The position numbers and the translations under genes are program-made. Below are positions 60,378 through 64,000 of a stretch of DNA of 64,000 nucleotides, in pieces. Numbering within the stretch: the first letter of the stretch is position 1; each line of letters starts with the position of its first letter. The DNA is taken from positions 91,264,001 through 91,328,000 of the forward strand of contig OZ024742.1 of assembly GCA_964016885.1 (NCBI GenBank). The letters are read 5' to 3'. This stretch comes from Eledone cirrhosa. Lineage: Eukaryota. The notes below the pieces were generated by a model. The model ran no database searches and had not been told where the DNA came from. It worked only from the letters and a program-made list of their open reading frames with translations.

Positions 60378-60714
60378 GTGGGTCTCTTCTTGCTTACATC
60401 CCACTCACGCTGGACGTGTCTGTACCTTTCGCTCATGAAATCCACCCAGCTCATGCTGACCAGGACTACCATGTTGCTTGTTTATTTCCTTTCTTTGGTT
60501 TGCTTTTATCCTTCTATGTTGTTCACTTGTCCCCCTCGCTTTACGCGATTTACTGGTCCCAATAACTGTTTTTAGTTATTGCTCGCACCAACCTGAGGTA
60601 TCTGATTTTTTATGCGAAGAAATACCAATGATGGTTAGAAAATCACTGACGAAGGACTATTTTTATCATATGTAACCTATGTGCAACCACGCAGTATTCT
60701 TCTTTCTTCTCATG

Positions 60715-60720
<6 letters not shown>
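60378..60720 (+). mobile_element. Family C 3' fragment with rearranged hammerhead at 60556-60657
   Basis: Homologous to 52800-53147. Confidence 0.85.
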
Positions 60721-60745
<25 letters not shown>

Positions 60746-60817
60746 CATTATGAAGAGAGAAGAAACATTTAGATATAATTAGTAATAAAATGTATCATAC
60801 CTAAACTGCTCCTAAAT

Positions 60818-60905
60818 TCCTCGACTACGTAGTTTCGTGGCATAAACAAAAACAATATATCAAAGATATAGAGTCCTTGCGAGGTCTGCCGACTTATGAA
60901 GAGGA
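60818..60905 (-). ncRNA. Degenerate long-loop-II hammerhead
   Basis: tcctc-ttcataa(decayed core)-gtcggca...tgccac-GAAA-ctacgtag-TC-gagga. Confidence 0.5.
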
Positions 60906-61181
60906 TACCTCATTTTACTAGTCTCAAGAACGCGTCTACACGACGTGAGAAAGAATCCCAAAAGGCGGAGGGGGAGATAGTCACGCGATATAACGGTCGA
61001 GAAACAGAGCTAAGCCTCTTATAACCACGAAGAAAATACCACGGAGGCGGAGGGGGTATTCATATTGAGGCCGTAGAAGAGGTAGTGAAGAAGGCGAGAA
61101 GTATGCACCCTTAACTCACAGTTGGGTGCGGATGCATTCATGTATATATGTGTGTGTCCGCATGTATCTGTGTGTTTCTAA

Positions 61182-61217
<36 letters not shown>

Positions 61218-61218
61218 A

Positions 61219-61323
<105 letters not shown>

Positions 61324-61589
61324 GAGAAACCTTATCCACCTTCACATACTATAACCGTTTCTATGGACTCTAGATATTTTTCTATTGGTATTTTCAGCTT
61401 CGTTGAATGTTTTCACAACTACTGAACAGAAATTTCTAACTTACTTACACTTTTGTGTGTGTGTCTTTAATGGCACGTTAAGAAGAAGACAATCAAGTTG
61501 GAATGACTAGAACATGTGTAACTTCTTTCCTTGGAATATAAACTACTTTGTGATCACTACGAGGGTCGTGGGAGCAATATCCTCAAACA

Positions 61590-61770
61590 TTCCATCCAGC
61601 GGTTCTTGCACTTAATTAGGCCTCCTCTTTTCCATCACTCGTGAACACGGCCCCGAGTTCTTGAACTTCTCCACCTGCTTCAGTGGAACTCCATTCACAT
61701 GTAGAGTACACTGCGCAGGCTTCCTTGAGAGGACGAGTATCTCAGTTTTCGCAATAATAATTTTCATTCT
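61590..61770 (-). mobile_element. RTE LINE RT fragment
   Basis: Similar to 35880-36055. Confidence 0.8.
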
Positions 61771-61929
61771 AGCTAATCAGTTCAAAGACCTAGCAGCTAT
61801 ATAATCTTCCCATTAAATCGTTGTAAAGCGATTACTATACCACTGCGGACACTTACATCAGGTATTTCATCGAGAGGGTAGAAAGCTTACTGAAATGATT
61901 GAGATTGAAAAAATATTTAATTCATAAAA

Positions 61930-62566
61930 TAATTGTTTCTACTTTTGGCACAAGGCCAGCAATTACTCAGTGCATTACTGGTACTTTATTTTATCGACCC
62001 CGTAAGGATGAAAGGCAAAGTTAACCTCAGCCGGATTTGAACTCAGAATGGCAAGGGTCGTAACTCTATGCGTCAAAGCATGGCATCCGACCCTTTACCG
62101 ATACTGCCAATCCACCACCCTCCATAAAATTCCATAAAATAATTATTTCTTATATAGGCACAAGGCCAGCAATTTTGGGAGAGGGGAAAGTCGATTAAAT
62201 CGACCCAGTGCGTGACTGGTACTTTATTTTATCGACCCCGTAAGGATGAAAGGCATAGTTAACCTCGGCGGGATTTGAACTCAGATCATAAAAGTCCGTA
62301 ACTCTTTGCGTCAAAGCATGGCGTCCGACCCTCTACCGATACTGCCAATCAATCCACCACCCACCATAAAATTCTATAAAATAATTGTTTCTACTTTTGG
62401 CACAAGGCCAGCAAATACCCAGTGTATTCCTGGTACTTTATTTTATCGACCCCATAAGGATGAAAGGCAAAGTTAACCTCGGCGGGATTTGAACTCAGAA
62501 TGGCAAGGGCCGTAACTCTATGCGTCAAAGCATGGCGTCCGACCCTCTACCGATACTGCCAATCCA
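61930..62566 (-). mobile_element. Three head-to-tail tRNA-derived SINE copies
   Basis: Copies at ~61930-62120, 62140-62363 and 62381-62566. Confidence 0.92.
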
Positions 62567-63139
62567 AAGAGACTGTGTACATATTCTAGAAATGGCAACT
62601 AGATTTCCTTCAAATGATACCTTAATACCTTGAGAAGAAAAAGACATTATATAATTTAACAATTGAATTACTGCCTTGCTTACCGTCATTTGAACAAATT
62701 TCTTTGATTTTCTGACAAGTTGTCTCTATACCACATCCCGTATAAACAACAATCCTTTTAATACAGGATGAAAACCTTTCGGAATCAGGGATTGAAGGCT
62801 GAATATAGTGTTACCACAATTTGCAGTGAAAACACTTGAATTTTGATTTCCGCTTGTGTGTTATGTTATGGATACACATGTGAGTGGAAAACTCAGCTGC
62901 TTACGTTATAATTCAATGAATAGTCTGTTGACTAAGCTTCTGTAATACATATCGTCGAAACCGTTATCTAGTCTATAAAGTTCTGATGAAGCTAACAGCG
63001 ATATCCCTCTTTATCAAACTACTTCATCTCAATCCAACATGTTAAAAGCATTTACGTGTTATGACTCTACACATCTGTGTTTACACACTAAAACACGTAA
63101 AGAAACATGAAGCACATCTACACCCACGCACACATAAAA

Positions 63140-63226
<87 letters not shown>

Positions 63227-63658
63227 GAGAGAGGGGGGGGGCTATAAATATATATATATATACTTGTGTGTGTGTGTGTAGATATGTATGTACATACTTT
63301 TAAGTATGCATATATTTCTGTGTATAACTGCGTGTTTGTTTTTATATATATATATACGTATAGTTTATGTATTAGCATGGATTTGTGGATATGTCTGTTT
63401 AAGTCAAATATAATACAGCCCCAACGTGTTCCTGCTTCGTGTGAATCCAAAACGGTGAGCGTCAATATGTATATATGCATCTAATTATAAGTATATATAT
63501 GAATGTGTATGTAAAACTATGTATATATTTCTATATTTGTGTCTATGCATGCTTCTATATGTATGGTTGTATAAATATTTAAATGCATATATCTATTCAA
63601 TCATCAATTCTACGCTCTCTATCATTCTATACTCCGCCCTCACATATATGTACACCCA

Positions 63659-63739
<81 letters not shown>

Positions 63740-64000
63740 TATATTAAATATATATGTGTGCATGAATATTATATTAAATATTCATGTATATCTATGCACA
63801 CACACACACACATATATATATAAATATATACATATATACAAACGCATACATACACATATATATATACATATATAAATAAATAACTATATATATATATACA
63901 TATATATATATATAAATATGCATATCTATATATACATATCTATATATGTATGTGTGTGTATGTCTATACGTATGTATGCATGTGTGTTTGTACATACGTA

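Noticed and set aside
62955-63005. CTGATGA and GAAA close together (also a partial motif at 19765-19802)
   Set aside because: The stems needed for a hammerhead could not be formed convincingly.

Overview
Eukaryotic, AT-rich window made almost entirely of repeats. The SINE family and the very long (TA)n/(CA)n/(GA)n tracts suggest an octopod cephalopod (inference). I found no credible host protein-coding exon. Contents: two Penelope-like retroelements (PLEs) with RT and GIY-YIG remnants, fragments of RTE, CR1-like and CRE-like LINEs, a Helitron 3' end, mariner MITEs, many tRNA-derived SINEs and a 78-bp minisatellite. There are also roughly 20 hammerhead-ribozyme (HHR) motifs in short non-coding elements inserted in (TA)n tracts, several of them as fold-back inversions. 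The main observation is a ~100-nt RNA motif present in six copies in 530-570-bp tandem units. It holds all three hammerhead core strands in an order that is not a circular permutation of types I/II/III. Covarying helices and a kink-turn would close it into a double-pseudoknotted cage. All RNA structures were folded by eye and are untested.
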